Positions 40,301 through 53,809 of a stretch of DNA of 64,000 bases are shown in pieces (positions within the stretch are counted from its first letter, which is position 1; each line of letters starts with the position of its first letter). The DNA is from Tubiluchus corallicola. Lineage: Eukaryota; Animalia; Priapulida. The translations under genes were made by a program, and so were the position numbers. The stretch covers positions 124,001 to 188,000 of the forward strand of contig JAQGDQ010000378.1 of assembly GCA_030141605.1 (NCBI GenBank). The letters are read 5' to 3'. The notes under the pieces are model-generated. The model was given only the letters and a program-made list of their open reading frames with translations. It did no database searches and was not told the origin of the DNA.

Positions 40301-43300
40301 CCTTAGTTATACATACATGACATCAAAAAAAGGCTAAGCATACTCAGTAATAACATTGCAGAGAATGTTCTATGTTAAACGTTTTGACAAGTCAATCACC
40401 CATTTAATCTTCAGTGCTCAAACGCTGTCAACTTGATATTCTAGTGCCATGTCACTGCCTGGAGCTGATAGGTATCAAGTCTAAGTGGAATAACCATCTC
40501 ACGCGTTAATCGTACTAACAGTAGTGGCTGTAACAGTTTGAAGGCTTCGAAAGAAGTGCTAAGTGATTTTGATTTAAAGTTTCTGTTTTAACTGATGGCA
40601 AATAGTAGAGACACATGCAGTTTGTGGTTGACTACGTTGGTGCGCTGAAATCTTGTTGCCCTAACTAAATGATTCTGGATTTCCGGATTTCTCTGAAAAT
40701 ACTGTCACCAGGCATTGTGAGGAATGATAGTTAACAAAAATCCAACTAATGTGTCTTCATTAATTAAACGTCCAAAAATATTCAGGCTGTGTAATTATTT
40801 TCCGAATTCTGATGCAAGGCTACTTTGTGATTTTGCAGCACTTGATTAAACTGCTGCGAAATTTTTGTTTTACCGTAGACAGCTCATCCTTAACACGATG
40901 AAATAGAGTAAAAACTTATGGTACTGTAGACACGAATAACTTAAATGTTCAGAAATTCATTTTAATATATTTACAATCATAAAATTCTCCAGAGTTTGAT
41001 TACTCTAAGTATACACCTCGTTTTTTTTTTTAAATTGTATTAATATCTCATGAAAGCTAGATGCTTGAACGTGTAACGCTTCATTATAATTAATTATATA
41101 TTATAGTCCACCACCTAGTGTTTGGGCATGTTTCGTTAATGTTTTAGTTTTTTTATTGTTTGTTGTAGGTTTTCATCTCTCACACGGCTATCGATGGAAA
41201 GATAACTACTTTACAGCCCGAATCGGTCATAGAATTCTTACAGCATTACCCCGAGTCATTAATCAAATATATGGAGTATCTCGTATTTACACAACTTTCA
41301 AAGGTAAAGTATGCTTTGACACTTGTACAATACTAGAATACTGTAAAAATCCAAGCATGCATGTAAATCTGTTGTACGAAATGTTTATTATTGTTGCTTT
41401 GATCAGCCCTGTTGGCTATATGTCGATATCTTACCTATCTAGGCGAATCTATAGAATCTAGAGAATCTACCTATCTTGTGAAAATGGAATATTGTCTTAG
41501 CTTGCAAGATTTTTCGAATTTTTTCTTAGATTTAAACGACTTTGTTTTTTTAGAAAGAAAAACTTCACACCCAGCTAGCACTGTATTACGTAGACAGAGT
41601 GAGGCAGCTAACGAACTCGAACGCAATTAACGAAAACCTCATTAATCAGTCTAGGTATGTTACATGCTTGGGTAATAATTGTATTTCAATACATTTTTGC
41701 TCTTTTGAATTTTGTCATGAGTTGTCAGTTTTTCTTGTGTCACTGACATCACGCTTGTATGTATCTTTAGAAAATTTAACCTTAAACATAATTGTGATCA
41801 TCAACACATAGTTGTCAAATAAATGAAATGAGAAAATCAGGATATGTACAGACTTTTTGATACGTGTATCTAATTTTCCATTTCCAGGGCAGATCTGCAG
41901 TATATGCTACGCTGGTCTTCACTGTATCGTGTAGAGATTCTGTTAGGAAAAGTAAAAGATATGCAGTTGTATACTGAGTGTTCTATACTGTATGGAAAGG
42001 TATGTGAATCAGCCTTTACGAACCCTTATTGTATTATTCAATAGCTGATCTGCTAAAACTCGATGTATGCAAACTAATCACTATCATGTTCTGATGAAGG
42101 TGAATTTCAGTTCTATATGGTGCCTGCAAATGAGAGATCGTTAAGATGACACTGAAAAAATATTTATTTGAAGTTGTGTGCTCCTTGCCTTTCTGTTGCC
42201 ATATGGATTTTTCATCTTCAAGAATAAAATGTTGACATTCTGTGGGAAAATAGTATTATTTGTTATAGAATTATTATATTGTCCTTCTTCTTCAACTTAA
42301 ATCCTCAGGAGAGCAGGCTTTAAGTGAAAACAATATTTACCCTCATAAAAAGTTATTTTGGTTGCCAGAATATTGTCAGTATGGCATGGGGCACTCTGTA
42401 ACGTTAATTTAACAAAGTTTTCTTAATTTAATGTGCATTCGTGATATCATTCCCAGGATAACATGCTATTAAAACTTGGCCATAAATTGTTACAATAAAC
42501 CTCCAGCATTTCAAACTTAACAACAAAAAGTGTACATTTAATATCTAAACAAGAAAAAATAAAAATACTGTTGGTTCAGTAAACTTAATCAAGACCAGCA
42601 TTAAAATAATTGCCACACAGGTCAAGCATCACTTCAAAATATCACAATATATCAATGCACAATAGTATCTTAATCAATCCGAGTGCTATCTCAGAATAAG
42701 CATTTCATTGTAAGAGAAAGGCTTTATTTGTGCTGCAATAAGACTTTCTTATGATGAAAAAATATGATGCTCTATGAAAATAATTCATTTGGTTCGCACA
42801 TTTCATTCAATTAATAACATCGTACAGAAAGCTTAATTTTTTTTATTCTGTAGCTAATCAGCTAAAACCCTATGTACGTAAGCTAGCAAACAAAATAGCA
42901 GCCAGTCTAACAAACTTGGAAACTGGATATGCCTTTGTTTGTACCTTCAAGATAAACTGTGAGAAGATGCAGGTTGACCACCAATTAGTATAAAAATGGT
43001 TTGGGCTCCAGTATGAGGCGACCGACGTTACATGAAATAAAGGCAATATATGGAAAGAAGCTAAAAACCACACATTTTACTGGGGTTAGGGTTAGGGTTA
43101 GGGTTAGGGGAGGGATGTGGCAGTTGGACTTGCACGACACAAGACAAGTTGGGAAAAAGTGACTAAATGTAATCAGATGTAGAATATCAGATGCAACTGA
43201 TGAGTCTTTTGCATGGCTGAAACTTTAACGACTGTACAGAAAGGGATCGGGCTGAAATTAGCTATACTGCTTGCGGTCTGATCAACTACACCTTTTGCAC

Positions 43301-46300
43301 TTTATAGCAGTTCTTTACGTATGTATATATATATATATCGTGTCAGTCATGTCTGCTTTTTTTATTTGTTATATTTTTATGCCCTTGTTATAGTTTTATA
43401 AGTGATATATTTATTTTCTACTATCTAATATCATGTACGTATTGTAAAATTGTTTGCTGTTGGTATCTGACCTGTTGATGAAGACATTCCATTACATTCC
43501 AAAATCAATTTTTTAAGCTCGGTGAACACGAGAAGGCTCTCGACATTCTGGTGCATCAACTTGGTGATTACAAAGCAGCTGAGGATTACTGCATCTCAAA
43601 CGCATCGGGGAAAGATCGCAGTTCGCGACAGCATCTCTTCGCTAGTCTTCTACATGTTTATCTAAACACGTCTCAAACGTAGGTATCCAACATTCCGTAC
43701 TGCATGTTTGTTAGTTTGTTGATGAATTATGCAGCTTAGCGTATGTGTGCGTGTGCATGCGTGCGTGTGTGCATGCGTGCATACGTGCATGCGTGCATAC
43801 GTACGTGGGTTGGGCTATTTGTTTATGTCAGATATTCTATGTTGTATCATACTCATATCCCATAGATGCTATTTGAACAGCTAATATAGAGATCAATGTC
43901 GGCACTAAGCCTTGTGGTTAAGCGTCATAAAACTTTGGTTAACTGACAAGACAGCTACAAGATAACTAACTACAAGCATTATGGAAAAAATGCGAAAAGC
44001 GAGTGGACATTTTGTAATGATTTGTCACTTATTCCAGAGAATGTATTAATATCACACTTAGCTGACTGACCACCTTGGAAAAATTCAGCGTGGTTTTTAT
44101 TGATTTTTAAAGAGTTCATGAGGTCTGTCACATGTTCGATTAATAATCGGCAACGTTTGTCTGTCCTTTTTGTCTAAACAAAAACAATCTAATCATGTGT
44201 ATGCACACATTTGCAGTACCTTTGGTATGTTTAATAATAAATTTCTCGAACGTTTACTATGGTGTTTGTGAGTAAAGTTATGACACTGTGGAGCAGCTAG
44301 CTAGTTAAACACCTGATTGGCCATTGTGAGGTGGACTCCCAAGATTGATGGTTAGTGGCAGATTCTGGTGCTTGCTTCGAGATCTATTGGGCTTAATTGT
44401 GAATACTTAAATACTTCACATACATGAACATTTTGTTTATGATGCACACATTATTTTCAATTAATATTTCACATTTGTTTATGATAATAATTTTATGATG
44501 TGACAATCTTATAAATTTATCATAGTAAGATTTGGACTATATGTACATTTTGCAATTTTTTTATCAGTTACAGTGTTCCCTCGCTTATCGCGGGTGTTCC
44601 GTTCCAGGCCCACCCCTCGATAAGTGAATTTCCGGGAAGTAGGAACGCTATACTTATTTTAGGGCGCAAGTACTACATTTCGTTTTTGGTTTGTATTCAT
44701 CCGCTGTATAAATACACTATTTAATGTAAATGGTAATTTTTTATGATTTATAATATTCTTTTGATGTTAGAATTAATGTTTTTAATATATTTTTATACAT
44801 TTTGCGATTTTTTATGCAAAATTCATCAAATCTATACATTACTGTACAATACGTACTACGCATGCGCAACAATACTTTAGACGGAGTACCGCAAAAACCC
44901 GCAAAACAGCGAGTCTGCGATAAACGAACCGCGAAGTAGCGAGGGAACACTGTATTTTATGTTGTGTATTTTATGTGTATTTTTTGTTTTACACAAGTCA
45001 TAACATTTTTCTTGTATAACTTGCATCGTGGTGATACCCATTATTAACCAGCTGTTTTACTGCTCAATGCTTATATCATGGCTAAACATTTTGTAAATGA
45101 GCATTACGCGTTATTTCCTATGCTTTCGTGGAGAACTTGAAGATATTTTTACTAACCATGAACTGTAACTCAAATATTCTCATTTTCTTATAGAAACACA
45201 GATAGAAGTGAACTATTAGAGGCTTCCGTAAGATTGTTGAACAGCCACCTAGCTGACTTTGATGCCGTACAGGTACGGTGTTATGATTCAAATTGAATAA
45301 TGTTGTCCTACTATCTAGTGTTGTAGCATAAAAATGATTTTGAATATTTCATTTAAAATATTACCTTCTGTATCATCTCTGCTATCTCGTTGGTATAGAT
45401 ATACTTTCATTTGAATCTTTGGCAACCTTCAGTAAAGAACACCTACCTGACAGCTACAGTCACAGCCAGCAAGAAGTAGCAAAGTACAACTATGTGCAGG
45501 GCCGGATTATGACCTATTGTTTCCCTAGGCTAATGAAATTATGGGACACCCTGTAATTCGCCTACACGATTGCACCTCTCTTGAATATTTTATACTCCTG
45601 ATATATTTTAGTGACATTTACATAGCTTGAAGTAAACTTATTGCAAATTCTTTAGATAAACTAGAATGGCTATCTTGTTTGTCAATAAAAATATTCTTTA
45701 AGAAATGCCACTATTTTGTTATTTATTGCAAATCAAATTAGCACTTATTTCAACACAATCATAGTGAAATAACAGATTTTTTACCAAATGTTACCAAAGC
45801 TTGGGGGAACGCAAGTTTCAGGGGCCCTAGGCTGCAGTCTATGGGGTAATCCCGCCCTGACTACATGCCACTTGAATCAGGCGCTGCAATAAAATGATGG
45901 AATCAAATGATTTCTGCCAATCTGGGCATCTTAAACAGCTTCTCAGACAATAAATCTGTCATATCCAAAAGAAGCCTAACAGTGATATTCTCTAGTCTCT
46001 TGCAAAACCTGCATTTTTGCTACTTTTCAAAAGGCATTTCTTACTTTCTCTTTTAAGTACTAGGTTTTCATGTTTTCTGGTTGCTTCCGATGTTTAGAAA
46101 TTCATTTTTAGTCCGTGCAGACGTTAAGAAATGACGGAATTTCGTATATGTTTCATCCTGTCTTAATGCCTAGGTAATCATGCTTCTTCTAAGTACTGCC
46201 CTTACTTTTACTGTTATTTTGTACCTGTTGTACTACACGAAGAAGTATCCATAATAGCAAGATGAGAATAGTTAAAAACTAATCGCACAGTTATGTCTCG

Positions 46301-48425
46301 TTTGTATCTTCATTTCATACTCATTAAAGCTGTATTAACTCAAAAATAAATTTCCTAAAGTTAATTTATGATTTATTAATGAAATGTGGTTGTTGTAACT
46401 GATGTGTTTGTAACTTTATTTTGTCAAATGCAGCAAACTGTAGTAGCACTATAATTGATTCAATTGAAATTTTGAGACGAAACTTACTTGACAGGAACAA
46501 AGTGTGAAAAATTTGTTACATAGGCTTTGCTATTTTGGGTTTTTTTCATTCTGTGTAAATTGTTCGTAGGTTACCTCGAAATCTTTGACTTTTTTCGTTA
46601 TTATTATTATTTATTAGACAAAAATATATATATATTTATATGTTAGTAAAAAGTAAACAATGAAATTATATAGCAATGTTTAGTATGATAGTATTGCCTA
46701 CGACTGTGTGCTATTAATAACAGCAGAGAAGTAAATCCTTGAACAGGTCACTGCCTGTCACATAACCAGTAGTAGGTACACAGAGTATTAAAATAAAAAT
46801 TAAAACATCGTAAAAATTACATAAAGTATTTAAGACAATTTACATATATTACAAAAATTATCTACAAAAGTAAGTAAAGCAATTTTACGAGGTCTGAAGT
46901 TTTAAATGCTTGCTCTTGAATTGTATAATGATGCATAACAACCTGTTTGAAGAAGGATAATGATGTCGCTTAAATTACACTTGAGTTAGTTGATTCGACA
47001 GTCGAGGGAATCAGTTATAAAGAGGCCCGCAGGTGGGTTTATTTAAAGAGGATTCAACCACATGTTACCATATCAGAATTAAACACTTTTCGGTTATTCT
47101 ATTTGTGGCTGAACTTTGTTGTGTTTCACAAAGCAGTTGTTTTTCAAGGTCATACGGATGATTCCTTCGCATTGGCCGATCGCAAAAGTGGAGCAGTTTC
47201 TAATGAGGTCTGTGAGGAAGACGCAATCCCTGGCCAGAACGAAAGTCATAGAGCAAGCTTTGGCTAGAGCGTATAGCATACGAACACAAGTGCAAGCTGC
47301 TAGTATCAAAAATAATCAAGAAATAATAACAGAAGACAGGTATGACACGACACTCTTTCAATAAGTTGCATAAATACGTGTTACAAATGAATACATAGGT
47401 GCATTAAGAAAGTATTAGAGTTTAGACATTTCTAAATTATTAAGTAATAGGGTAGTAATGGAATTACTGACAATAAGTACTTTTACTGACATCATGCTGT
47501 TTTTATTGATTTCTTTAACCACATACATTTCGACCATAAAACACGTTCTTGCACTATTTTCATGGTACTGGCATTGTATGTTGTTCTGTCTGTAATCCGC
47601 AATTTGATCTTTCAGTACTTTGCTCAAGTTTGCTCAAGCAGTTGTCGGGATACGCGTTTATATTGCATGGTAATTGGAACGCGCTTTTTTCTTCCAAAAT
47701 GGCAGTATCCAAGCTTGAAGCAATAGTGACTTTGAATTGATTTTATTAATTACACGAGATGCTTGTCGCACTTTTATTGCTGAAAAGTTCTAACATTTTT
47801 GTCAAATGTTAAAATAAGCTCAGCTTTGCGTGAGACTTGGATCTTGCTTTTAGGTACGGGGCTCTGTCCACTATTAGTAACATCAAAATGCGATTCACAT
47901 CACTACGCACACCTGCACCAGCAAATTACATTCCCTGTCTAATTATGATCTCCTTTCTTACTTTAGAGGAATTTCGCGATTTGTTAAAAATTTTGAAATT
48001 ATTGCTAAATGCAGAAATAACATCAGCACATGTAAAGTTTTGCCATTTGTAAAATGGAGAAATGGTTCCCCTATAATGACACTCTGATATCGTGTCTGGC
48101 AGGTTTACAGAATCAAAACTTTCTTTTTGATTAGTCGTAGTTACAAAACTTAGGGAAAGTGTTTAATTGATTTTTAATTTGTTTATATCCAACCTCAATT
48201 CACAATATAATCTTCGTTTTGCCCAGGTTGTGTGGAGTGTGCCATCGACCATTTTCCGAAGAGGATTTTCTTAGGTTCCCCAATGGTGTTTTGTGTCATC
48301 CGAGGTGTGTAAGACATCGACACATGTGTCCTGTAACGGGCAAACTGTTTGACGTAGCTTCCCCGAGTGATCAATCAACATTATCGAATCAGAGAAAAGC
48401 TAGTGCCAATAAAATTATGAGATAA
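25371..48425 (+). CDS. TGFBRAP1: TGF-beta receptor-associated protein 1 / Vps3 (CORVET subunit; CNH, clathrin-repeat and C-terminal Zn-finger domains), ~892 aa, 22 coding exons
   Basis: Exons 25371-25475, 27603-27655, 28433-28523, 29425-29523, 30499-30585, 31185-31289, 32013-32147, 33579-33739, 34711-34843, 35697-35792, 37036-37140, 37879-38070, 38363-38556, 39492-39563, 40024-40096, 41169-41303, 41554-41654, 41888-41999, 43518-43678, 45194-45272, 47149-47339 and 48227-48425. 2679 nt in frame, all GT-AG. Motifs: ASALDRILVL, LDQQQKQTMPF, QQAGFIEFAQL, SVPPLHDIAD, DVDTALVKL, LGEHEKALDILVH, RFPNG. Confidence 0.95.
26217..27177. mobile_element. Tigger/pogo-type MITE
   Basis: TA|CAGTAGTCACCACTTAATAGACTCA ... 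TGAGTCTATTAAGTGGCGACTACTG|TA (1 mismatch in 25), with subterminal TTAATTGACTC repeats. Confidence 0.88.
30961..31078 (-). mobile_element. Terminal fragment of the 26217-27177 MITE family in inverted orientation
   Basis: Approximate reverse complement of 26225-26338. Confidence 0.65.
32304..32718 (-). mobile_element. Possible non-autonomous Helitron-like element
   Basis: GC/CpG-richer island. The minus strand starts A|TCTATATAACT and ends CTAG|T. The expected 3' hairpin is not clear. Confidence 0.3.
33985..34300 (+). mobile_element. CR1 LINE ORF2 3'-end fragment
   Basis: Degenerate translation ERLQHFGLTLLKYRRHRHDMIQT ... FFAVCVINS*NKLSENIVNASSVSQFEARL, matching the CR1 C-terminus. Confidence 0.75.
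38080..38170 (+). mobile_element. Short tRNA-derived SINE-like head
   Basis: A-box-like GTAGTTAGCG and B box GGTTCGAATCC followed by a T-rich tail. It does not fold into a full cloverleaf. Confidence 0.45.
38618..39114. mobile_element. Tigger/pogo-type MITE
   Basis: TA|CAGTCAATCTTGGGTATAAG ... TATACGAGGTTGACTG|TA with many TATAAGGGAC subterminal repeats. Confidence 0.82.
43083..43109 (+). repeat. Interstitial telomere-type repeat (GGGTTA)4
   Basis: Four perfect TTAGGG units. A degenerate tract also lies at 31845-31910. Confidence 0.85.
43741..43806. repeat. (GTGC/ATGC/ATAC)n alternating purine-pyrimidine microsatellite
   Basis: Directly visible in the sequence. Confidence 0.85.
44571..44952. 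mobile_element. Tigger/pogo-type MITE
   Basis: TA|CAGTGTTCCCTCGCT..TCGCGG ... CCGCGAAGTAGCGAGGGAACACTG|TA. Confidence 0.88.
45497..45859. mobile_element. hAT-type MITE, same family as 8835-9236
   Basis: TIRs CAGGGCCGGATTA / TAATCCCGCCCTG. Flanks ACTATGTG and ACTACATG match 6/8. Confidence 0.8.
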
Positions 48426-49068
48426 CGCCCCCGTTATGTTAATGTATGAAGAGGCTCCTGTCACCCATTTAGTCTGCAGTTTATTGAGATGTGATTGCGT
48501 GGATGACAGTACGAGACTGAGGCTGGAAAGTCGGTTGCGCTTGTTTAATAACTAATGGCTAAACGAATTTGGAAACATGGCACAGTCGTAGCGCAGTTAC
48601 AAATGTGAGCTGTTTGGATATGTGGTTATTATGATAATCATAGCTTCAGCTTTACAAATCGTTGGAGGCCAGTGTATCTAACTTCCTGTTCTGCTCATGC
48701 TGACATATTATCACGTATGGTTCATCATCATCCCGTTACATCAGTTGCAGACATTGGGCAGAATTTTAAAATAAAAGAAACCTGCCTTCAGGACAGGTAA
48801 ACACAGCAGTAATTGAGCAGAAACTAAACTTTGCCACGGTTAACTTGACATTGACATTTAAACTGTCAACAGCCAATATATCAGGTGGGAACATATGAAA
48901 AAGAAATCACAGATTGTGATGATTTCTAGCACAGAATTCAGAATTTATAAAGTACTTACAAGGTGCTGAAGCACAATACGCATCCTTCACTTGTGGGTAT
49001 GATTGCCGCATCCTCACGAACCAAAATCAGGACTGGTGGCAACCCTGCTTGTAGACAATAATGAGTAA

Positions 49069-49405
49069 TTAAGGTTAAGGTATCTTGTTTATGTAGTATT
49101 CTGTTCATGTGTCAGATGATCTAACCGACAGGAGGCAGTGCTTAAATACTCTCGAACACTACGACAAGCTTAGAAGGCCAAAGAGAAAGACTAGATTTAT
49201 TTACCTTTCCTCATTTAACAGACAACAGTAGCACTAACGGTTATTTAGCACTTATACTTACAACAACACAGGTAATTAAAGACGCAACACACAAATAACA
49301 TGTAACAAGTAGGTATACGCACTGGTGTTGGCAGCCGCTAGATTCGAACTCAAGACCGCTCGGTTGCTGTCCGAAATCTAAACACTTGGTTACTCAACCC
49401 AGGCC
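49069..49405 (-). mobile_element. tRNA-derived SINE
   Basis: Minus-strand head with B box GAGTTCGAATCT, a CORE-like segment TCTGTTAAATGAGGAAAGGTAAATA and a (CCTTAA)n tail. Confidence 0.55.
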
Positions 49406-50039
49406 AAATATGCATTTATTGCAAATTAGCAACGAGTGCTAAAAGTTTGGTTAATTAGTAATATTGCTCTAGCATACCTAAGCTAAAACTTGAAACTTTG
49501 AATTACGTGTAGTTATTCATTTAATAGTACTGCAGAACTGCCAGGATCACACATGGCTGTATAGCCTGTGGTTGGGGTATTCGGTTTTTAAATCAAAAGT
49601 CCTTTCTCTGATTAAAGTTTTGGTTTCAAAAATTCAGTAATTATGAGTTTATTGTGTTTTTAAGCAAAGCAAACGGTGTGATAAATGTTATTACTAATTC
49701 TGAATGATATTAGCTGCATGGTCATGATAATCATTATGGTTATATATTGTAAAAAAATCATGCCACATGAGAATATAATTTGCAAATTCATTCATATATG
49801 TTATACATATAGGTTACTTATTGTAGTCATATTCTTATTAATCAAAATTATGTAAATATTGAAAATAAATAATAAATTAAGGCAACATCGTGACACTTTT
49901 AGCTGCCATATTATTTGAACAATATGTTTGAGAAAGTGAACATAGAGTGCACACGAATGTGCAGTAGTTTTAATATAACTTCTTTCTTCATCTGTTGCTC
50001 TAAACATCTTTCATAGACATTGAGTCTCTATTCTTTATT

Positions 50040-50350
50040 AGGGCATCCCACTGTTTTCTGCCTGCAGCTAAAATTTTCAACTCCTGTGATTTTATTGTTA
50101 AGTTTGGTTTTCAGCTGTTGTAAATCTTTATTAACTCTTAATATCCAAGTTCTTTTTGGTTTGCCCGGAGATCATTTAGTAGACTTTGTTTAATGCTAAT
50201 CTTACGAGTGTTGTTTCTGGCAAGCCCATTAAATGTCCTACCCATCTTATTGTTCTGATTTTAGTGCTTCAAAGATCCTCTTCGGTTCTGTTACACAGCT
50301 ACTCATTTGAATTGATATATGGCCATTTTATTTTTAAGATTTTTCTGAGT
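50040..50350 (-). mobile_element. RTE-clade LINE 3' fragment
   Basis: Degenerate translation LRKILKIKWPYINSNE...IRWVGHLMGLPETT, typical of the RTE ORF C-terminus. Confidence 0.7.
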
Positions 50351-50826
50351 AGAGTAATGTAAAAATGAGTAGAATAATGTAAAATTAAGCAAAACCGTAA
50401 AAGATGGCAATGCAGCAATGGCAGAAATCTTGGTTTTATTCCTGTGCCTTAATTTGTAAGTTGATATAGACATACAAATTTAATTCTCATTACAAACAGA
50501 TGCGTCATGAGGAGGTGTTAGTATGTTAGATGCCTTATACATGTGTCAAGTGAAGTTATTTTGGTCTCATTGACATTGCAACAGGTACAAGTAAAATAAG
50601 TGTCTAGGCAGAACAAAAAACCAAACACGTAAGTAACTGATAGAAACTATGATATATTTAATGAAACAAACCAGACCACAGTGCAAGAAACACACAGTTT
50701 ATGTGTTGAATTTCAGAACAAAACACAGATTCTTTAATTATCAATGACGCAGTGGCACATTTATTTGCATCAAACCAGACACAAACACGAATGATGAACT
50801 GTAGAAAAAACCAATCAGGCAGACTG

Positions 50827-51402
50827 CTCGTGGCGTAGCAAAGGTTTGTGGCACCCGGGGGAAAAACACTTCTGGCACTCTACCTTTTTATGGTTTTATT
50901 TGTTTCATGGGTGAAACCACAAATTGAAAACCCTGAGCCTCACTTTCCTTTTTCAACATGATGGGATAAACGAATTTTCCCTAAGAATCGCCTGAGTTTG
51001 ATTTGCGGTACTGCACCAGAATAATTCTTTTCTTTGCATAGGTCTAGGAAAATTGATGGTAACACGACAGTCGTTAAGCTTTCCGTTCCATTAACTGCTG
51101 CAGTATTGATAAGTATTGCATTAAAACATGTAAAAAGTATGAAAGATGCAGAACATCTTGTTTCACAATTGGTATTTAGAGAATAACACCACTGTTTCTC
51201 CCAAAATTATCAAGTCCCCCACTGCCTACACATGCCGTAAAGTAACAACGATGGCCTTCTTTTATGCTGCTGCAGTTTGAACACTTTTGTTAATTCCTTG
51301 TCAGATTAGTCATTAATAATTAACTAGAAGAATTTTGCACCCTCTCACCCTTGCTCCTGGGGACGATTGCCCCCTGTCGCCCACCCCCTTGCTACGCCTC
51401 AG
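50827..51402. mobile_element. hAT-like MITE
   Basis: Termini GTGGCGTAGCAA / TTGCTACGCCTC with GC-rich subtermini. The TSD is unclear. Confidence 0.6.
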
Positions 51403-53593
51403 TACACTGACATGTGGTGGGGTGCATACTCAACTTCTGGCACCATACATTTGCATTCCACCACAGCCAGAAGAGTAATCTGATGAGCCGAGTAATTAAC
51501 ATGGGGTAACGCTACAAGCAGCAGTCGTATTAACTAGATTTCTAGAACTAAACAGATAATATTCTAAATAAGTAACGATAAATTTTAACAGCAACTTAAT
51601 ACACAAATTTATAATGAAAATATTTTCTGATACTCACGCATTTGGTAATTACAGATGTTTATTTCTGTCTTGCAACAATAAATCAGTATTTAGCAAAGTT
51701 CTTTTTTGCAATTTATATGAAATAAAAAATACGTATGTATTACACACTAATATTAAATTACATATCACTCGTAATCAACAACCTTGGAGTTTTGTTAATC
51801 AAACAACAAATGCAACATTTGTCAAAAATTTGCCGTGTATCTAATGAAACCAGTCGAACTACGTGAATATAATGAATATAACGCAACACAAAATGATCAA
51901 AATTTACACTTAACGCAGTGAACAATTGATCAATCACACAATATGGAATGCACATTAACACCATTATTAACAAACAAGACACCTAAATATCAGTAAAAGA
52001 ACATTCTAATTTTAGAGAATGGCTCTTGCTTTGTGCATTAAATGTAGGGCGTACTATAAGTACACAGAACGATGAACCAATTTAGTGCCAATGATCTCTC
52101 TCTACATGAATTTTTCCTGTAAAATTATACTAACCGAAATGATGACTAACTTCAACTGTTTGTAACATTAAAACGAGCTCATCATTAAATGCAAATAAAC
52201 AAAAAGCGAGTCTAAGCACGTTAACTTTTGTAAGTAAACTCAAAATGAATTAATTTTGACAACACACTGCTGTGTGTGTTATTGGCAATAGACAATGCAG
52301 ACATTGCTTTTAAAGGGGACATGCCATTTAACATGTTGGGTTTATTTCACTATGATCACTTAAATTTATAAAATATATAATAAAGAAATTAGCAAAAAAA
52401 TTCAGCATAAAGCTAATTAATGCTACCACCAAATAGAGATTTTCAGGTACGGTGGTTGCCATCATTCACTTGAAAAGTGTAACATGGGCTTCATGTAAGC
52501 GTGCTGCTCATACTGATTCAAACTTCTGCACTTTACCTAGTGTTCGCACAAAAAAATTACAAAATTAGGCATCTAATTTTTTGTAAAACCTTGTACTTTT
52601 CACGGAAATTGACGAACAAATTTTCTTCAGTCGACAAATGACGTCAATGGTGGAAAAATGAGAGTTCATAATGGAAGTGCCGAAGCATGATAAAAATTTT
52701 CAAGTGATTTTACTAATTGCATGAAGCGCGCTTATCACACTTTTATTGTGGAATCTTTCTAACATTTTTTGCAAACATTGAAATGAGCCTAATTTCCTAG
52801 AAGGCTTGGCATTTCCTTTAACCAAAGGCATGTATAATAGCAAGCACAACATTATGACTAACATAGGAAATGGTATTATTATGGTTTTCATAACATAATA
52901 ATCAGTTTAACACTAATAATTTTTTAGTTTGAACATCGAAACTAAGTCGGTACATTTAACACGAATTGCACATTTATTCCATCGAAGTTTGGAAGTAACT
53001 TACGAGAAACAAGCAAAAATTGGAATGCGTGTAAAAACTAAAACAATTCAAGCTAAATACTTATAATTTTCTGCATAGTCTAGACATTTGCAACATTGGT
53101 GTATGGCAGATGCCAAACGCTAGTTTATCTTAGACATATCAAACTGCAATTAAAATAAAAATATTGACTTCACCTCAGAGGACCTTCCGCCAGTCGTAAA
53201 GTGCTCTTGGCATAATTAGCATCATTAGAAAAGTAACATATTTTTGAATACTTAATCACTACACAACAAGATATAATCTTTCACAATATAGGCTAACACT
53301 CATTAAACTGCAGAAACTTCAATCTTACATAGCTAACCATTTTGATAGCAAAAAGTACACTAGTAAAATTTTTTCAAGCTGGAAAAGCGATTCTACAGAT
53401 GGACGAATTTACGGGACGGAATAGTTAAAATATAAATGTACGATTTATTGCTTTTATAGAAAAGACTGCAGTTATTATAAATGTAATCAAAAAGTCAAAT
53501 ATATAGCAATCTATTTATATCATTTGTATATAAAATATGGGCGGTAAATTTCTTTAGCTGCTACTGACCGCTACTAGCGGATATTACAAACGT

Positions 53594-53809
53594 CTACAAC
53601 TTGTTCAACATTTCGTATTTCTGTTTGATGTCCATGTTTGGATTCAGTCGTGGATCCCTCCTCTTCTTCGATGTGAGCTGTGCTCGGAGCTGTTGAGCAC
53701 TGAGCTGGAACACGTCACCGTCCGCCTGCGGTGCTGCAGCCGGTGGTGGTGTCGCTGCGGGTGCGGTCGCAGCTGGTGGTGGTGCTGATACTGTTGTCTG
53801 ATCATTTCG
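53594..53809 (-). CDS. Terminal exon of NHERF-like gene: Pro/Ala linker and ERM-binding-type tail
   Basis: Acceptor TTCTTTTATAG, then RNDQTTVSAPPPAATAP...MDIKQKYEMLNKL*. This frame differs from the ORF-track call. Confidence 0.88.
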   Translation of the reverse strand, partial: RNDQTTVSAPPPAATAPAATPPPAAAPQADGDVFQLSAQQLRAQLTSKKRRDPRLNPNMDIKQKYEMLNKL

